This document shows positions 56,224 through 57,262 of a DNA stretch of 57,262 nt, piece by piece. The notes beneath the pieces are model-generated. The model saw only the letters and a program-made list of their open reading frames with translations. It had not been told where the DNA came from and did no database searches. A program made the translations under genes and the position numbers. How positions within the stretch are numbered: the first letter of the stretch is position 1; each line of letters opens with the position of its first letter. Origin of the DNA: an uncultured Oscillospiraceae bacterium (lineage in GTDB: Bacteria > Bacillota > Clostridia > UBA1212 > UBA1255); contig CABROF010000003.1 of NCBI GenBank assembly GCA_902472555.1, forward strand, positions 1 to 57,262, written 5' to 3'.

Positions 56224-57262
56224 TCAATTCTTGCGCCAGCCCTTCGGATATAAATTCTTCAGCACCCCCTTGTGAACCTGTCCCAGCCCCACAAGGTAGC
56301 CTTCCACGCATACAGCCGTCAGCCCATCTTCATTCGTTAAAAGTCCGGTAATGGTTTCCCCCTTCAGATAACGCAGCAGCATTTCAGAATGCCGTTCAAA
56401 ATTGAGATTTCGCAGAAACGCATGGCGGCCGCAGGCCATTGCAAAGGGATGAGAGGGAATCAGCTTCCCATAGCGTATCGCCCCCATCGAAACACCGGCC
56501 CGCGCGGTGTGCAGGCCGTCCAAGCAGGGCGGGTCACAGGGCAGATAGCAGAGATGCTCTCCCATGGTAAAATAGCGTCCCTCCCATGGGGTACCATGCA
56601 TATTTTTCGACCAAAATTCGCACAGCTCGGGAGGCGGCCCGTTCAGCAGCTTGTAGCTGCGGTTTTCTTCTCGATTGTGCCGCCGGGGCCTTGCGTTTCC
56701 GCAGAAGCGCGCGGTACTGTCCGCAGGCAAATCGTCTTCAGCCGCTTTCTGATTTTTCCCGCAATCCCCTTTCTGCAGCAGCGCGGTAAAATGTCCCTCT
56801 CCTCTGAGCTTATGAGGCCAAAGTCTGGCAGCTCCGGCCAATGCCTCGCTTCCACCGCCCCATGCCGGTACGCCATTCTCTACGCCTGCCGGTTTGGGCG
56901 CCGGAACAATGGCATATTCCGGATGCCGCCGCAAAAACGCCGCAACTGTGCATTCGTTTTCCGCCGGAGTAAAGGTGCATGTGGAGTAAACCAAATATCC
57001 GCCGTCCTTCAGCAGCAGGTCGGCCTGATCCAAAATCGCATCCTGCATCCCGCGGCACTGCTCTGATTTGAATTTTCCCCAGCTGTTTACCGCTTCTGCA
57101 TCCTTGCGGAACATCCCCTCTCCTGAGCAAGGCGCATCAACAATGATTTTATCAAAGTACCCGCTGAAATTGCGCAGCAGATTTTCCGGCGCCTCGTTTA
57201 GAATCACGGCATTGCGCACACCGGCCATCTCCAAATTTTTCACCAGCGCTTTTACGCGTTCT
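56224..57262 (-). CDS. RsmB/RsmF-family rRNA m5C methyltransferase (partial; N-terminus beyond the right edge)
   Basis: IIVDAPCSGEGMFRKD, LVYSTCTF, and an RsmF-like C-terminal extension. The frame stays open to the window edge. Confidence 0.85.
   Translation of the reverse strand, partial: ERVKALVKNLEMAGVRNAVILNEAPENLLRNFSGYFDKIIVDAPCSGEGMFRKDAEAVNSWGKFKSEQCRGMQDAILDQADLLLKDGGYLVYSTCTFTPAENECTVAAFLRRHPEYAIVPAPKPAGVENGVPAWGGGSEALAGAARLWPHKLRGEGHFTALLQKGDCGKNQKAAEDDLPADSTARFCGNARPRRHNREENRSYKLLNGPPPELCEFWSKNMHGTPWEGRYFTMGEHLCYLPCDPPCLDGLHTARAGVSMGAIRYGKLIPSHPFAMACGRHAFLRNLNFERHSEMLLRYLKGETITGLLTNEDGLTAVCVEGYLVGLGQVHKGVLKNLYPKGWRKN

Overview
This 57.3 kb segment looks chromosomal and comes from an anaerobic, spore-forming Firmicute. 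The assignment to Clostridia (Oscillospiraceae/Ruminococcaceae-like) is an inference from gene content only. I support about 49 protein genes, mostly on the minus strand. Most are core functions: mutS2 (partial), pfkA, dnaE, a phosphohexomutase, a class A PBP, an EF-G paralog, yhbY, sporulation genes (yqfC, yqfD, pdaA, spoIVA, CotF-like pair, DUF421/DUF4363), two DUF881 genes, a radical-SAM pair (TIGR03960/TIGR03936), rubredoxin (hand-found, below the ORF-track cutoff), nrdG, nrdD, trxB, a MATE pump, plsY, der, DUF512, rpmF, ackA, pta and an rRNA-modification cluster (partial at the right edge). By eye I saw no rRNA, tRNA, CRISPR array, transposase or integrase. Four things deserve a second look. 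(1) An AT-richer ~7 kb accessory locus (about 4.5-11.5 kb) sits between dnaE and pfkA. It has three GH99-like paralogs, two paralogous CBM-like cell-surface proteins, an AraC regulator and an orphan solute-binding lipoprotein. (2) nrdD carries a C-terminal thioredoxin-fold (CPNC) fusion, is followed by trxB and is preceded by tandem NrdR boxes. (3) A J-domain protein with a poly-Cys tail is paired with a DUF5685 protein that seems to need an ATA start codon. (4) At three sites a sigma-A promoter abuts the upstream gene's terminator hairpin. All family calls are motif recognition by eye and no database search was run.
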